Virus record (IMG/VR): IMGVR_UViG_3300005077_000001
Span: 128,001-192,000 of that record
Reading direction: 5' to 3' (one strand)
DNA from: a virus
Lineage: Duplodnaviria; Caudoviricetes
DNA length: 64,000 bases
Positions 16,035 through 26,557 of this stretch are shown here, piece by piece. Under the pieces are notes generated by a model. It was given only the letters and a program-made list of their open reading frames with translations, ran no database searches and had not been told where the DNA came from. Position numbers and translations under genes: made by a program. Position 1 is the first letter of the stretch; every line of letters begins with the position of its first letter.

Positions 16035-16781
16035 ATGAGCACATGTAATTGTTGCATAGTATATGATTTATCTGTATCAGAAGGTAATGCAATATTAACT
16101 GGAGTTAATTCTTTAAATATTGATACAAACCTTACCTTCGACTGGTGGGATGAGACAGATAATGAATGTAATCCATATAATACAAAATTAGATTTAATTG
16201 GCCCTGCTATTACTTCATTACAACTGACAGCACACCCATTTGATAATGATAGTATGGAAGAATACGGGTATACTATGGGATTCTCTTGTCCATTTGAATT
16301 ATCTGTTTCAATTGGATATAAATTTATTAATTCTTGTAATGAATGTGTGGATTGTATCGATCCTATAACCGGCGAAGTAATAGGAAGACGTAGAGGTCGT
16401 TGGATAGGTGTCCCCAATCGTAAGAGAGACATAAAAATAACTGGAAACATAGATGACATCCCTTCTTCATTAATGGAATTTGGAGATAGGTTATATAGAG
16501 TAAATAAACTCAATGTGCAAGCAGGACAGCAACCTTTTATTATACCTCCAATTACTTATGCCTATAAGAGTGTCAAATATAAAGGGGGCCCGTTGCTTGT
16601 GGATACAACACAGGATTTTGTGTACGAATTCAGTGTTAATTCTGAAAAATCCTGTCAAGGAATGTTAAAAGTAAATAATATTGAGGCATATCTCACTAAT
16701 TTTACTTGGAAATTTGAACCCCCAAATCCACCAACTTGTAACTATACCTTCAATTGGTATACTGCATTTTGTAACATTTAA
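16035..16781 (+). CDS. Cys-rich putative tail/baseplate protein
   Basis: 248-aa ORF starting 1 bp after the upstream stop, in the structural operon. No family recognised. Confidence 0.4.
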   Translation: MSTCNCCIVYDLSVSEGNAILTGVNSLNIDTNLTFDWWDETDNECNPYNTKLDLIGPAITSLQLTAHPFDNDSMEEYGYTMGFSCPFELSVSIGYKFINSCNECVDCIDPITGEVIGRRRGRWIGVPNRKRDIKITGNIDDIPSSLMEFGDRLYRVNKLNVQAGQQPFIIPPITYAYKSVKYKGGPLLVDTTQDFVYEFSVNSEKSCQGMLKVNNIEAYLTNFTWKFEPPNPPTCNYTFNWYTAFCNI

Positions 16782-16794
16782 AAAGGAAGAGAAT

Positions 16795-17889
16795 ATGGAA
16801 CAAAAAAAATGGACAAAAGAGGAAGAGGAATCACTTAAGCAGCTTTATTTTAAAAATACAACTTTAGAAATAGCCAATATTCTTGGAAGGAGTGTATGGT
16901 CTGTGCAGAACAGAATTAGAAAATTAGGTATATCTGGTAATAAATACTGTAAGTGGACTGAAAAAGAAGAGAATAAACTAAAAGGATTATATTATTCCAC
17001 AAATATTAAGAATTTAGAAACTATTTTTCATAGGAAAGCAAAAAACATACAAACAAAAGCTTCAACGATGGGCCTTTTTTCAAATAGATATTGGTCAAAG
17101 GAAGAGGATCTAGTTTTAATAGAACAATACCCTACTGTTGAAACAAAAAAATTAGTTAAAATGTTAAATAGATCACGTAACGGAATTATTCAAAGAGCTG
17201 GTTTTTTAAACATTAGCAAGGCTGAAGAGTGTAAGTTTAAACACCTCAAAAAGTATAGATGTAACGATTCTTATTTTAACATTATTGATTCTCCTGACAA
17301 AGCTTATTTTTTAGGATTTTTATGGGCAGATGGTAATATTCACAACTCACGACATTCTATTAAGCTCTCTCTTAATATAAAAGATAGGGTTGTTTTAGAA
17401 AAATTTAAATATTATATAGAAGCGTCTAACCCAATTTATACTAGATTAAAAAACAATTGCTGTACATTCACAGTGTTTTCTAAACAAATGTATATTGATC
17501 TTATAGATAAGGGTATTACCCCAAATAAAACATATGGAACTACAATCCCAAATAATATTCCAAACGACATGTGCTCCCATTTCATAAGGGGATTATTTGA
17601 TGGTGATGGTGGAATTTATAATAGATTAAGAAAGAATAAATATTTAGATTCTAAAATAGATATAAGTAATAATGAATCTACAATAAATTGGCTATATGAT
17701 GCTGTTGATATAAATTGTGGTATTAAAGGAACTAAAGATAAAAGAAAAGGAGTTCATTGCTGGAGATGGTCCATCTATTCTAGATTAAATATTATTAATT
17801 TTGCTAATTATATATATAAAGATTCAAAAGATCTTTATTTAGAACGAAAACATAATCGTTTTATAGAATATGGTTTACTGGAGAAATAA
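16795..17889 (+). CDS. Free-standing LAGLIDADG homing endonuclease with three N-terminal Myb/SANT-like repeats
   Basis: AYFLGFLWADG and HFIRGLFDGDG motifs. Repeats KWTKEEE, KWTEKEE, YWSKEED. ATG at 16795 follows AAAAGGAAGAG. Confidence 0.85.
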   Translation: MEQKKWTKEEEESLKQLYFKNTTLEIANILGRSVWSVQNRIRKLGISGNKYCKWTEKEENKLKGLYYSTNIKNLETIFHRKAKNIQTKASTMGLFSNRYWSKEEDLVLIEQYPTVETKKLVKMLNRSRNGIIQRAGFLNISKAEECKFKHLKKYRCNDSYFNIIDSPDKAYFLGFLWADGNIHNSRHSIKLSLNIKDRVVLEKFKYYIEASNPIYTRLKNNCCTFTVFSKQMYIDLIDKGITPNKTYGTTIPNNIPNDMCSHFIRGLFDGDGGIYNRLRKNKYLDSKIDISNNESTINWLYDAVDINCGIKGTKDKRKGVHCWRWSIYSRLNIINFANYIYKDSKDLYLERKHNRFIEYGLLEK

Positions 17890-18264
17890 ATGTCCGAGTC
17901 ATGTAGTCTTAATAAAAGCTATAAATTACGTTGTTCTCAACCAGTTCTTGTATGTTCAGACAATACACAGCAGTGTGAATGTGCTCCAGGGAGAAGAACT
18001 ACTATGGTGATATCCTCATTTGGTTTAGACATTATAAATGGGCGAACTATACAAGCTACAGATAATTTACCATTATCTATAGATTTTATTGGTATCTCTC
18101 CTGATGGAACTTTAGAGTCTGCTAATTTTAATGCAACTCAATATTTAACTAAAGATGGGGATATAGTATGGAACGGTCAAGAAATTCCACCTACTCAACA
18201 TGAATTAGAATTAGAAATGCCAGGTATTGAAGTAGGAAATTTAGGAGATTTATTGGGAGGCTAA
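17890..18264 (+). CDS. Hypothetical structural protein
   Basis: 124-aa ORF abutting both neighbours (TAA-ATG). Confidence 0.45.
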   Translation: MSESCSLNKSYKLRCSQPVLVCSDNTQQCECAPGRRTTMVISSFGLDIINGRTIQATDNLPLSIDFIGISPDGTLESANFNATQYLTKDGDIVWNGQEIPPTQHELELEMPGIEVGNLGDLLGG

Positions 18265-18570
18265 ATGAAACCATTATTAGATGCATTTGATACTCCTAGA
18301 ATAGACTGTTCCTCCATAAACATATCTTATGCAGCTACAGGTTTGGTTACACTTACGTTTAAAGTCTATGTAAAGAAAGATAAAGGTTTACCTTATACGA
18401 AAGAAAATACACCCAAATTTAGTTTATGTATAAGTAAAGAAAGAAGGTTTAATGGGTTGGTTACTTCACAACAAGCAAGTGCTTCTATAGAATTTAATAA
18501 TGTTGTTGAATGGTCAGTTAGTGCATTCGGATTCGTATGTTCAGATTCCAATTGCGGAGCTAGATGTTAA
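18265..18570 (+). CDS. Hypothetical structural protein
   Basis: 101-aa ORF with GGAGG RBS, translationally coupled. Confidence 0.45.
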   Translation: MKPLLDAFDTPRIDCSSINISYAATGLVTLTFKVYVKKDKGLPYTKENTPKFSLCISKERRFNGLVTSQQASASIEFNNVVEWSVSAFGFVCSDSNCGARC

Positions 18571-19349
18571 TGGTTATACTAGGTAAATCTACAAAAGCAG
18601 AAATAATTTTTCCTGATAATACTAAAGTAGACTATGGCATTGAATCTATAGATTTTAGCTATGGAGCTAATATACAAAGGTTATATGCTTTTGGTGGTTC
18701 AAATATAGATTGTAATATCAATGAATATTCTACTATACAGTCTAGTGAAATACAAATTAATTTTAATATTTATGGTGGAATTACTCCTGAAGTATCACTA
18801 TGCGTTCCTGATACTTGTAGAAATAGTGATAATAGGTTAATTGTAACTATTATTCCTGCTGCTTGTTTTCCTACACCAGTTATTAATGTTTTAGTTTTTA
18901 TCAATTCTTATTCATACACAAAAGAAAGGTATCAAGTAGGTAAGGAGTCTTGGTCTTGTACTGGGTACGATTCTAGCATTTTACAAAACTATAAAGGGGC
19001 ATATATACAAATACCCCCTACATACACGATACTTAATTTAGCAGAAGGGAATATAGATGTAGAGGATATTAATATAAATATAGGTAGTCCTGGTATTGCA
19101 TCTCAAGATATTATAGATATACAGAATATGGTGGGTGCTCAATTTAGAAATTATGATTTAGGAAGGATGCCAGTAAAATCCTATCGTGGTTCAGCTTCGG
19201 CTGGGGGGATGGGGTTAGGAGAAATGACAGCTAGTATTCAAGGTTCATTTAAAGCTATTGGAAATAGCACTGGATGGGATGCTACTAATCCAGCATTAAA
19301 TGCTAAAGCAAATGTGTCAATTACAAACAATAAGGTTTATGTAGGATAA
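18564..19349 (+). CDS. Tail-tube-like domain protein
   Basis: IESIDFSYGANIQRLYAFGG...IQINFNIY resembles the strand/'RLY.hG' pattern of tube-fold proteins. Start may be 18570. Confidence 0.35.
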   Translation: MLMVILGKSTKAEIIFPDNTKVDYGIESIDFSYGANIQRLYAFGGSNIDCNINEYSTIQSSEIQINFNIYGGITPEVSLCVPDTCRNSDNRLIVTIIPAACFPTPVINVLVFINSYSYTKERYQVGKESWSCTGYDSSILQNYKGAYIQIPPTYTILNLAEGNIDVEDININIGSPGIASQDIIDIQNMVGAQFRNYDLGRMPVKSYRGSASAGGMGLGEMTASIQGSFKAIGNSTGWDATNPALNAKANVSITNNKVYVG

Positions 19350-19350
19350 T

Positions 19351-19773
19351 ATGCATTTAAATATAAAAGAAGAAAATGAACTGTACTTAGAGTTTAATAA
19401 AATTAGGCATATAAATGAAACAGAAAGTCATATTTATAATTCGGTATTTTATGGACCAGTTTTAAATAACCTAGTAGATATATCAGACTGTGATAGTTTA
19501 ATAATGAGTTTTAGTAAACAACACATAATCATAGGTCCTTCTTTAGATTACTATACATTAGTTTTATATTGGGATGGAATTGAGTTTATTGAAGATGGGA
19601 AGATTATTAAATTAAAAAATTCAATTTTAAAGTATAAGAGAATAGGTTTATTGAAAGATCTAAATGAAACTAATACTATACTTTTAAACTGTGAGAAACA
19701 TAAGGAGGAAATACATTATAAATACCCTATGTACGAAGCGTGGATTTTAGACAAAGATGGGTATTTATTATAA
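19351..19773 (+). CDS. Hypothetical protein
   Basis: 140-aa coupled ORF. No motif recognised. Confidence 0.45.
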   Translation: MHLNIKEENELYLEFNKIRHINETESHIYNSVFYGPVLNNLVDISDCDSLIMSFSKQHIIIGPSLDYYTLVLYWDGIEFIEDGKIIKLKNSILKYKRIGLLKDLNETNTILLNCEKHKEEIHYKYPMYEAWILDKDGYLL

Positions 19774-19782
19774 TATCTATAA

Positions 19783-20787
19783 ATGGAAAGAAGACGTTGG
19801 ACAAAAGAAGAGGATATAACATTAACTGATTTATATAATTCTAATACTCCTAGATCCATTATATCTAGAATACTTGGTAAAGGAGTTTCTGCTATAAAAT
19901 CTAGAGCTATGATTTTAGGATTATCTAGAAATAATATTTTATATTGGACTGAAGATGAAATTAATTTATTACTTAATTTAAACAAAGAACGAATTTCGAT
20001 TAAAGAAATGTCAGAAAAATTAAATAAGACATCCAATTCAATTAGATGCCAGCTACAAAGATTAAAATTGAAAACTAATGAAGAGGATTTATTAGAAATT
20101 AAAAATGGGAAAGTGCATAAGAATAATAGGTACGGAAGAGCAAATAAAAAATATTATTTTAATGAAAATTATTTTGAAAAGATAGACTCTCACCAAAAAG
20201 CATATTGGTATGGTTTTTTATGGGCAGATGGGTTTGTATATAGAAGGAGAGAGAATTACGTTACAGGGCTTTTATTAAAAGATCCTGAACCAGTATATCA
20301 GTTTAAAGCAGACCTTGGTTCAGATCATCGCATATACATAAATGAAAATAGTTTTTCTATTAGACTTACTTCAGAGAAAATGTTCAAAGACTTGGAAAAA
20401 TTAAATATTATACCTAGAAAAACCTATGCTAACCTAAGACCAAAGATTACAGAAAACTATGTTAATAGTTTCATTTTGGGGATGTTTGATGGGGACGGTA
20501 GTATTAGTATTAATAGGCGATTATCCTTAAATAATTATTATTGCACGCATTATAATCTTAGTATAGCTAATAGTAAAGCTACTTGTTACTGGTTAAAAGA
20601 TGTTATTAATAGTAATTTGAATATATATAGCTATGTACAATCAAGAAAAGGGACTGTTGGTTGTGTATGGAGAACTAATAGCAAAAAGAGTATTTCTAAA
20701 TTTGCTGATTGGGCTTATAAAGATGTTGATTTCAAGTTGGAAAGAAAGTACAACAAATTTATTCAGTCAGGTATTCTGGATAAATAA
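19783..20787 (+). CDS. Free-standing LAGLIDADG homing endonuclease with two Myb/SANT-like repeats
   Basis: AYWYGFLWADG and SFILGMFDGDG motifs. Repeats RWTKEED, YWTEDE. C-terminus LERKYNKFIQSGILDK resembles that of 16795..17889. Confidence 0.85.
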   Translation: MERRRWTKEEDITLTDLYNSNTPRSIISRILGKGVSAIKSRAMILGLSRNNILYWTEDEINLLLNLNKERISIKEMSEKLNKTSNSIRCQLQRLKLKTNEEDLLEIKNGKVHKNNRYGRANKKYYFNENYFEKIDSHQKAYWYGFLWADGFVYRRRENYVTGLLLKDPEPVYQFKADLGSDHRIYINENSFSIRLTSEKMFKDLEKLNIIPRKTYANLRPKITENYVNSFILGMFDGDGSISINRRLSLNNYYCTHYNLSIANSKATCYWLKDVINSNLNIYSYVQSRKGTVGCVWRTNSKKSISKFADWAYKDVDFKLERKYNKFIQSGILDK

Positions 20788-20813
20788 ATTTAATTAATGG
20801 AGGGTTTTGGATA

Positions 20814-21212
20814 ATGGCTATAACAAATCTACTTGGACCATCACGTAGGTCTAAAAATGCTAGTAAGGGATTCTTTGATCCAGAGAATGATTTTCTAATT
20901 GCTGGAACTGGCGTGACCATTTCTGTTGTAGACCCATCAACTGAGAGCTACAGTGGCATCGAACAAGATAATGTTCCTTGGGGATCAGACGTAAAGCGAG
21001 TAGTTAAAATTGAAGCTGATTTAAGTGGTTTAGATACTGGTGGTTTAGTAACTGATAGTGGTTTAACTACTATTTTAGCGGATTATGCTACTACATCAGC
21101 TTTAGGAGATGTTGAAGCACTAATTCCAACCGTATCTGGTTATTCTGGAGAAGTAACAGTTAGTGGCGCTGTTTTCACAATTGAAAATGGTCTTATCACA
21201 GGGGTTGCGTAA
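20814..21212 (+). CDS. Small virion structural protein
   Basis: GGAGGG RBS. C-terminal FTIENGLITGV motif as seen in phage tail-associated proteins. Confidence 0.45.
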   Translation: MAITNLLGPSRRSKNASKGFFDPENDFLIAGTGVTISVVDPSTESYSGIEQDNVPWGSDVKRVVKIEADLSGLDTGGLVTDSGLTTILADYATTSALGDVEALIPTVSGYSGEVTVSGAVFTIENGLITGVA

Positions 21213-21218
21213 TAGTGT

Positions 21219-21584
21219 ATGGGGTATTCACGTATAGATACACCTTTTCCTAATTTAGGAAAAGTTTATAGGCATAGAGGTTATTCCTTTAAGCTATGCC
21301 CTTACTCTACAGAATACCGGGAAAAGTATAAATACTCTTCGGGGTTTATTTATGGTTTTGATGGGGATGGGAATCCTCTCCGTTATAGTAATACGGTAGT
21401 GGTCGGTAACACAACTAATTCAGATTTGCAAGCATTGCCTTACTCTGGGTATCAATGTTCCGACCACACAACAACTTCTGGTTATATGGAATATCATTCT
21501 GATCCACCTGGTTGGATCTGTAATGATCCAAATTGTTTATACCATACCACACTTGCTAGTGGTAAGTGTTATATAGAAATTTAA
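21219..21584 (+). CDS. Hypothetical protein with C-terminal Cys/His cluster
   Basis: CSDH...WICNDPNCLYH; structural operon. Confidence 0.4.
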   Translation: MGYSRIDTPFPNLGKVYRHRGYSFKLCPYSTEYREKYKYSSGFIYGFDGDGNPLRYSNTVVVGNTTNSDLQALPYSGYQCSDHTTTSGYMEYHSDPPGWICNDPNCLYHTTLASGKCYIEI

Positions 21585-21599
21585 TTTAGGAGTATTAAA

Positions 21600-22298
21600 A
21601 TGGCAATAACAGAATATGTGTACTCCCCAGATTATCCTAGTAATTATAAAACAATTACTGTTGATATGGATAGAAGGATACCTGTAGGAGCTGGTGGGGA
21701 TGAAAAGTATATTTTAAAGTTCTCTACTTCTGCTTATAGTAGTGTGTCTTCTAGTACCCGTATCAGCGATATATACATGTATCATTTAAGACGAGGGTGG
21801 GCACAATCTTTTATTGTAAGCTCCCCACTAGATGTGTCTGGTGGTACATTGCAGATTGCAATAGACGAGGATGATTCTGGGTATATATCGGTAGATCTTC
21901 CAACAGGAACATTGAATTGCAGCACTATAGCATCTTCTTTACAGGATTCAATAAGAGCTACTGCTTCCGGTACTGGAGCTAAAGCTTCTGCAACTAATAG
22001 GCTTTCCTATTTGAATGCCCAAGTAACCTATGAAGAGGGAAGATTCACAATACTATCTGGCTCAGTAAAATCAGAGTATATTGAAACTTCTAATTGGAAA
22101 GATACTTCTAGTGTTCATGTAACAGGTGGAACTGAAAAAGATACTTTAGGATTTTCAACTGGATATCCTAATTCAATTGATGTTGCAACAACGGCATCTG
22201 GTTCATTGCATGCTCCAGCTTCTGCTCTTGTAACTTTTGATGATGCTGTGAGATTCGGTATTGAATCAATGATAAATCAAATAGACTTTACAGGATAA
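21600..22298 (+). CDS. Virion structural protein (carries the shared '...FTI.SG...LGF' module)
   Basis: AGGAG RBS. Module also seen in the 36451 and 46966 proteins. Confidence 0.5.
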   Translation: MAITEYVYSPDYPSNYKTITVDMDRRIPVGAGGDEKYILKFSTSAYSSVSSSTRISDIYMYHLRRGWAQSFIVSSPLDVSGGTLQIAIDEDDSGYISVDLPTGTLNCSTIASSLQDSIRATASGTGAKASATNRLSYLNAQVTYEEGRFTILSGSVKSEYIETSNWKDTSSVHVTGGTEKDTLGFSTGYPNSIDVATTASGSLHAPASALVTFDDAVRFGIESMINQIDFTG

Positions 22299-22320
22299 GT
22301 AATTATGGAAGGGGTTATTA

Positions 22321-24675
22321 ATGGATTACAATTTATTAAAAAAGTCTTATTGTTATTCTTTAACCACAACGTGGTCTGGTGCTATAGGATATACTAATCA
22401 GCCCCTTTCCTATGATAGTTTACTTACAATTGTTGATGATAACTTAACTGATACCTATATAACCGTTACTGGTGGTAAGTATATAGGTATGTATGGACAA
22501 CTAGGTAGAAATTTTTATTGTAAACAATTTCGTCTTTATGCATCAGGGTCTGGAGATGACCCTGTTTTATTTTATTATAAAGATTCTGCCCCAACAGAAC
22601 ATACTTTAACCCCAACTTATTCACCTGATGGGTATTATTATTACGATGTTCCCTCTGATGGTGAGGTCGGCGCGACCGCTGTAAGTGATTTTTATTTTAT
22701 ATTTTGTGCTAATACCACAAATAAATATGTATATGAATGCCAGGTACTTAATTGGGATGAGGCTGTAGATTTTGGAATAGACGGAACTAACGACGATGAG
22801 ATAACTCTACCTGCCTCTTATTCAAGAGCTACCTCTCTGCCAATTTACAACGACAATCCAATACAAGCAACAGCAGATGCAAGAGTTGTACCATCCTACA
22901 CTGGTGATTATCTAGTAGATAAAATACTTAAATTAAGTGATAACCCTGACCAAGATATAACTAATTCTGGTGGATGGTACACCGTAGATACTTCAGTTGG
23001 TTTTCCTAGTACTTGGCTTTGGAATACAGGTACTTTTTCTAATACAGAACAATCTGGTAATTATGTACGTTTATCTAGCTCTTCTATTTCAGGTACTTGG
23101 ACATCCCCCGTAATCCAAGTTAGTGATCCATCTTGCATTATCGCCTATATTTATGGGGGTAATAAGACCGCAAAAGCTAAATTAAATAAGTACAATAACT
23201 CAATTAATGAGATATTAGAATGTAGAGCAAGTAATATAGAACCAGAAGTTGATGCTTTATTTGCTGTATGGGCAGCTACTGAGACTAATGAATATACTGG
23301 TGTAGCAACTAAATCTAAGTGGTTATTGTGTGAATTAGATGGCTCTTCAAATTCTTTTAAAGCACACGGAACTGATGGTCAAAATGTTACTGGACCATTA
23401 ATGTGTGCGGGGTCTAGTTCTTATTATATGGGTATGAATTCTAATATGATTACTCGTTGGGACGGAGCACCTGTCGATTGGACAGTTAATGGTGGAAGAC
23501 GTATAAAAGAAGTATCTAGATTATCCACATCTTATTGGGAGTTAGGGTATGATTTAGGTTATGATATGCATTCAGTTTATGGTCCTTTTTGGTGGCCTTA
23601 CACTAAAATGATACCAATACCAGGAACCTATAATTCTTGGTACAGAGTTTTAGTCCTACCCTATTATGATTGGGGGCAGCATTACTCTTACTATATAGAA
23701 CTTCTTAATGAGTATACGAGAAATACCTATATACAAATAAATAATTACGGAAGTATTGATTCATTTTGGCTAACAAATTTTGGTTCCTGTTTAGCTTCGG
23801 ATATAAACGGTGTTTGGGTTTATTACCATGGTACAGTTAAAAAATACAGCATGGCTTTAGCAGAAGTAGGTTCTTTCACAATATTGGAACAAGAGCATAT
23901 CTCTATAGTTGATAGTGCTAATAATGTGCCTGGATTTTGGGGTATTTCTAATAATAAGATTTGTTTTTATGAGCATTCTATTTCTGAAAGTACTCTGACT
24001 AGAACTATAAATATTACAAGCAACACTCCTGCTTTTAATAGTCTTGGTGGAGGAGCGGTTGATAAAAATAATAATCTATGGTTAGTAGATAGAACTTTAA
24101 GTATGTTGTATAGAGTTAACTATGAGCTTGGAGTTATAGATTTTAGTATGAATATTCCTTCTGTTGTTTCTGTGGTTCCTTATCCAAGTGGAGATAAAGT
24201 TTATGTGTATTGTTATGATGACCCAGATTATTCTGGAGGGGATACTATACGATTGATAGATAGGGTTACAGGGCATAATACTTTTCAATGTTTAGTTCCA
24301 GGCTGGGACCCAGATAACAGTGTAAGAGCAAAAATGATCGGAGTAGTAACGGAACCTTCTAATACAGGATACATGTATCCTGCTGTAAACGATCCTATAT
24401 GGGGGAATAATGGAGCATTGACTTGGCAAGATTATCCAAACGCTAATCTAGGTTTACCTAGAGGATTATATAAACAATTTAGAATTACTCTGCAACGAGA
24501 TGCTACAAGCACAACTTCTCCTTATTTAGAGTATGTTAAAATACCAATACCTCTAGTTTTACGGTCTATTCCGTGGAAGGGATATAAGAACGTATATATA
24601 GATACTGATTTAACAACAGGTGCCAACCCCGGTAATTATAATTTAGATTTACTAGTATGGTGGCCTCAGGAATAG
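22321..24675 (+). CDS. Tail-associated protein with beta-propeller-like region
   Basis: 784 aa, Y/S/T/N-rich. AVDKNNNLWLVD-type blade segment. GTWTSPVI and SPYLEYV strands typical of phage tail proteins. Confidence 0.45.
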   Translation: MDYNLLKKSYCYSLTTTWSGAIGYTNQPLSYDSLLTIVDDNLTDTYITVTGGKYIGMYGQLGRNFYCKQFRLYASGSGDDPVLFYYKDSAPTEHTLTPTYSPDGYYYYDVPSDGEVGATAVSDFYFIFCANTTNKYVYECQVLNWDEAVDFGIDGTNDDEITLPASYSRATSLPIYNDNPIQATADARVVPSYTGDYLVDKILKLSDNPDQDITNSGGWYTVDTSVGFPSTWLWNTGTFSNTEQSGNYVRLSSSSISGTWTSPVIQVSDPSCIIAYIYGGNKTAKAKLNKYNNSINEILECRASNIEPEVDALFAVWAATETNEYTGVATKSKWLLCELDGSSNSFKAHGTDGQNVTGPLMCAGSSSYYMGMNSNMITRWDGAPVDWTVNGGRRIKEVSRLSTSYWELGYDLGYDMHSVYGPFWWPYTKMIPIPGTYNSWYRVLVLPYYDWGQHYSYYIELLNEYTRNTYIQINNYGSIDSFWLTNFGSCLASDINGVWVYYHGTVKKYSMALAEVGSFTILEQEHISIVDSANNVPGFWGISNNKICFYEHSISESTLTRTINITSNTPAFNSLGGGAVDKNNNLWLVDRTLSMLYRVNYELGVIDFSMNIPSVVSVVPYPSGDKVYVYCYDDPDYSGGDTIRLIDRVTGHNTFQCLVPGWDPDNSVRAKMIGVVTEPSNTGYMYPAVNDPIWGNNGALTWQDYPNANLGLPRGLYKQFRITLQRDATSTTSPYLEYVKIPIPLVLRSIPWKGYKNVYIDTDLTTGANPGNYNLDLLVWWPQE

Positions 24676-24679
24676 TTAA

Positions 24680-25192
24680 ATGGCTGATTTTTTTATAAGA
24701 AATCCTTTAAAACCTACGCAAGTATATACTATCTCTATAACGATGAGACAAATAATTATGCCTTCTCAAGATCCATCTCTAGCAGGAGAGTTAGTATGGG
24801 TTTTAGAAGGAGCTACTTTAGCTATGGATTGCGAAGGTATTACAATCCCTGCAGAACGAATATTTGTTAGAAACTATAATACTATTGATGAAGAAATTAA
24901 TAACTTAGTTAATAAGATTAGTTCTAAAATGTGTTGGGAATTAATAGATGACACTCAACCTCCTTATATTTTGGAAAAATATCCTTTGGATAATGAAGCT
25001 GATATTCCTGTGACTACTTCTATTTCAGTTAGGTTATCTGATGGGTTAGAAAAAGAATTTGCAGCTTCAGGTATCAAAAAAAATTCTATAAAATTTTATA
25101 TGAAAGGTTTTGATATGACTGAGCAATTAGAAATAGTGGGTAATCCTTGGGATTATAGTTTTAATTTTACACCTGGGACTAAAGGAACTTAA
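24680..25192 (+). CDS. Structural protein with SbsA/Big_5-like Ig domain
   Basis: PPYILEKYPLDNEADIPVTTSISVRLSD matches the P.h....P......V......I.h.FS pattern. Confidence 0.55.
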   Translation: MADFFIRNPLKPTQVYTISITMRQIIMPSQDPSLAGELVWVLEGATLAMDCEGITIPAERIFVRNYNTIDEEINNLVNKISSKMCWELIDDTQPPYILEKYPLDNEADIPVTTSISVRLSDGLEKEFAASGIKKNSIKFYMKGFDMTEQLEIVGNPWDYSFNFTPGTKGT

Positions 25193-26547
25193 TGGATACA
25201 AATATTAGATTCATAGAACCTAATATGTCTATTTATGAAGCAGGGGGAGAAGAACTTTTCTATAATATCACTTATAAAAATAGTTCAATTCCTAATTCTT
25301 TAATAGTGAAGGATTCTAATGGTGGAGTTATACGAACTTATCCCTTGAGCTTAAATCTTGATTATCAAGTAATTTCTTTAGTGTTTGATGGGTTTTATTT
25401 CTGGTCATTACAAAGAATAACTAGTACCTATGGAGTGTTACAGGGGTCTGTTATTCGTAAATGGGAAATTAATTCAGAAGATACACAACTGATTCATTTG
25501 AAGCAACAGACGTTTTGGAATACGGCTGATTTAAAATACGATTTGAGTGCATTAGCTGTAGAATATTATAATCTAGAACTAATAGAAAGTATTATAGCAG
25601 GCATGAATGTCATTAAATGTAGGTATCCAGAAGATTATGAACCCATACTAAGACTAAGAGAGGATGATATAGTAGTTGTTGGTCCTAATAATTTAGGTCA
25701 GTATTTCGAAGGCACAGTATCTTATACTGAAACTTATGAGCACCCAACAAATGGATATTGTAGAATAATATTTAAAAACTATATTGATAATTCTTTTTTA
25801 GTAGAAAATAATTGTTTTTGTGGAACTAGGTTGTGGGTATTTAATAATTATAGTACAAACCTTTACAGAGGTTCATTATATGAATTAGATTTAAATACCA
25901 TATCGGTAATAAATACTTGGGAAAGTTGTTTATTTAAGAATGTGAAATGTTCTACTTTTCACATTGTAGATAATATAGACCGTATAAATGCGGGTAATAA
26001 AGTATTATCTCTCTTATATAGAGTTAATCATATATTAGTAATTGCGGATGTTACTGATCCTACAAATACTCAAATGACTATGATTTTACCTGATAACCAT
26101 AAGGACTATAACGATTACATTCTTTCTTATAGTATCTATCTTAAACATAATCCTTTTGACGTTTTGGATAACCCACAGTTATACAGTCTACAAATAGGAT
26201 ATCGTGATGTAACGTATGGGTATCAAACTTTTAGTACATATAATTATCTTACTTTTAAATTAGATTATTATCCATCTTTTATGTCTTTGATGATGGACCC
26301 GATGATTGTAATGGCTAGTGGTATAGGAAACATAAGATGCCATCTTATAGATCAATATGATTTTCCAATACAAGCTGGTATCAATGTACATTGGGATACT
26401 GATGGTGATGGAACATTATTGGGGTGGCCTGGAAACCTTGATTTAAATGATATCCCAACTGATGAAAATGGAATTTCGTATAATAGATTAAGAGCAGGTA
26501 CTTCCATGGGGTACTATAACGTTTCTACTTCTACTATAGTTACTTAA
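25192..26547 (+). CDS. Structural protein, paralog of the next gene, with C-terminal Big_1-like Ig domain
   Basis: LVFDGFYFWSLQ...IRKWEI. C-terminus LMMDPMIVMASG...CHLIDQYDFPI. Confidence 0.5.
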   Translation: MDTNIRFIEPNMSIYEAGGEELFYNITYKNSSIPNSLIVKDSNGGVIRTYPLSLNLDYQVISLVFDGFYFWSLQRITSTYGVLQGSVIRKWEINSEDTQLIHLKQQTFWNTADLKYDLSALAVEYYNLELIESIIAGMNVIKCRYPEDYEPILRLREDDIVVVGPNNLGQYFEGTVSYTETYEHPTNGYCRIIFKNYIDNSFLVENNCFCGTRLWVFNNYSTNLYRGSLYELDLNTISVINTWESCLFKNVKCSTFHIVDNIDRINAGNKVLSLLYRVNHILVIADVTDPTNTQMTMILPDNHKDYNDYILSYSIYLKHNPFDVLDNPQLYSLQIGYRDVTYGYQTFSTYNYLTFKLDYYPSFMSLMMDPMIVMASGIGNIRCHLIDQYDFPIQAGINVHWDTDGDGTLLGWPGNLDLNDIPTDENGISYNRLRAGTSMGYYNVSTSTIVT

Positions 26548-26557
26548 GGAGCGAACA

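Noticed and set aside
16681-16794. Longer start for the first LAGLIDADG gene
   Set aside because: Overlaps the upstream gene by about 100 bp. The ATG at 16795 has an RBS and begins at the first Myb repeat, like the two paralogs.
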